Below are positions 62,881 through 64,000 of a stretch of 64,000 bases of DNA, piece after piece. Origin of the DNA: Macrostomum lignano (taxonomy: Eukaryota). Location: assembly GCA_002269645.1 (NCBI GenBank), contig NIVC01000640.1:1-64000 (forward strand), written 5' to 3'. The notes under the pieces were generated by a model that was not told where the DNA came from, did not search any database, and worked only from the letters and a program-made list of their open reading frames with translations. Numbering within the stretch: position 1 is the stretch's first letter; every line of letters begins with the position of its first letter. Both the position numbers and the translations under genes were made by a program.

Positions 62881-63504
62881 TCGAAAAAAGTGACAAAAAA
62901 TCAATATTCGATATGAAACAATCGAAATAGCAAAAACGCTTCAGTGAAAACCGTTGTTTTGCACTGTCGAAATCGAATAAGTAAAACTGGTACCGCAGTA
63001 CCAACTGGGCTACTATATCCTTACAAAGCGCTACAAGCCCTTTCCTTGTGTGCGCTGGCCTTATAGGGGAGACCAGCTGGTCTTATGCGGGAAATCACAA
63101 GGATTTGTGCGAATGCTCATGCTCATGAGAATCCAGATTAAAGGCTGGTCATAATACTCGCTAGTCAGCGGAATTAATTCTAATTTGTGGCTAGCAGACC
63201 CGTAAAACATGGAAGCGAGGTCCGGATCATGAAAAATGTATTGAGCCTAACGGATTAGGAGTTAACTGGAGTGTGTACTTTAATATTTGATATATACTTT
63301 TGTTAATGGGTGACCACTAGAATGCACAAATCAGATAAGGAGAGCTAAAAAATATAAATTACTGATGAAGCACCATGGCCGACGAAAAATGAAGACGAGT
63401 TCAGTCGGTTGAGAAAGTAGGATGGAAAATAATGAATATTGATCTGAGGAAGCGATGGTCAGTACAGATCAGTTCTGATGGCAACAGGTCTGAGCCTCTC
63501 ACCC

Positions 63505-64000
63505 TCTCCTGTTTTCTATCTGTCCTGTGTCTGTCTCCTATCTGTCCAGTGTCTGTCTCCTATCTGTCCTGTGTCTGTCTTCTATCTGTCCTGTGTCTGT
63601 CTCCTATCTGTCCAGTGTCTGTCTCCTATCTGTCCGGTGTCTGTCTCCTATCTGTCCAGTGTCTGTCTCCTGTCTGTCCAGTGTCTGTCTCCTATCTGTC
63701 CAGTGTCTGTCTCCTATCTGTCCGGTGTCTGTCTCCTATCTGTCCAGTGTCTGTCTCCTGTCTGTCCAGTGTCTGTCTCCTATCTGTCCAGTGTCTGTCT
63801 CCTATCTGTCCAGTGTCTGTCTCCTATCTGTCCAGTGTCTGTCTCCTGTCTGTCCAGTGTCTGTCTCCTATCTGTCCAGTGTCTGTCTCCTATCTGTCCG
63901 GTGTCTGTCTCCTATCTGTCCAGTGTCTGTCTCCTGTCTGTCCAGTGTCTGTCTCCTATCTGTCCAGTGTCTGTCTCCTATCTGTCCAGTGTCTGTCTCC
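63505..64000. repeat. 22-bp minisatellite CTGTCTCCTATCTGTCCAGTGT (runs off window end)
   Basis: Tandem unit read directly. Confidence 0.96.

Noticed and set aside
1-64000. CRISPR arrays
   Set aside because: All arrays are head-to-tail with no unique spacers, there are no cas genes, and the context is eukaryotic.

Overview
Repeat-rich animal (invertebrate) genomic DNA with GT-AG introns. The style (GC-rich exons with Ala/Gln runs, dense minisatellites) resembles free-living flatworms such as Macrostomum, but that is inference only. Three spliced genes could be rebuilt by hand with consistent intron phases: ATE1 arginyl-tRNA-protein transferase (minus, 6 exons, 22420-32953, 504 aa), a CCDC81-like coiled-coil protein (plus, 4 exons, 38038-42485, ~534 aa) and a class A peptide GPCR of the FMRFamide-receptor-like type (minus, 2 exons, 49694-52616, 442 aa). 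Mobile DNA: an intact D,D34D mariner nested in the 3' tail of a dead 5'-truncated RTE LINE (both with TSDs), an internally deleted P/THAP9-family element with 23-bp TIRs and 8-bp TSD, two tRNA-derived SINE families, a Gypsy pol remnant and a probable LTR. About 25 kb (~40%, summed from approximate boundaries) is ~26 minisatellite arrays with 15-45 bp units; these explain nearly all long ORFs in the ORF track. Most interesting unexplained structure: a CCATAGAC/GTCTATGG motif enriched in a TE-like cluster that is also the core of several satellites, two of them arranged as a foldback; two dispersed copies of a 30-bp array ending at the same variant; and intron-filling private minisatellites.
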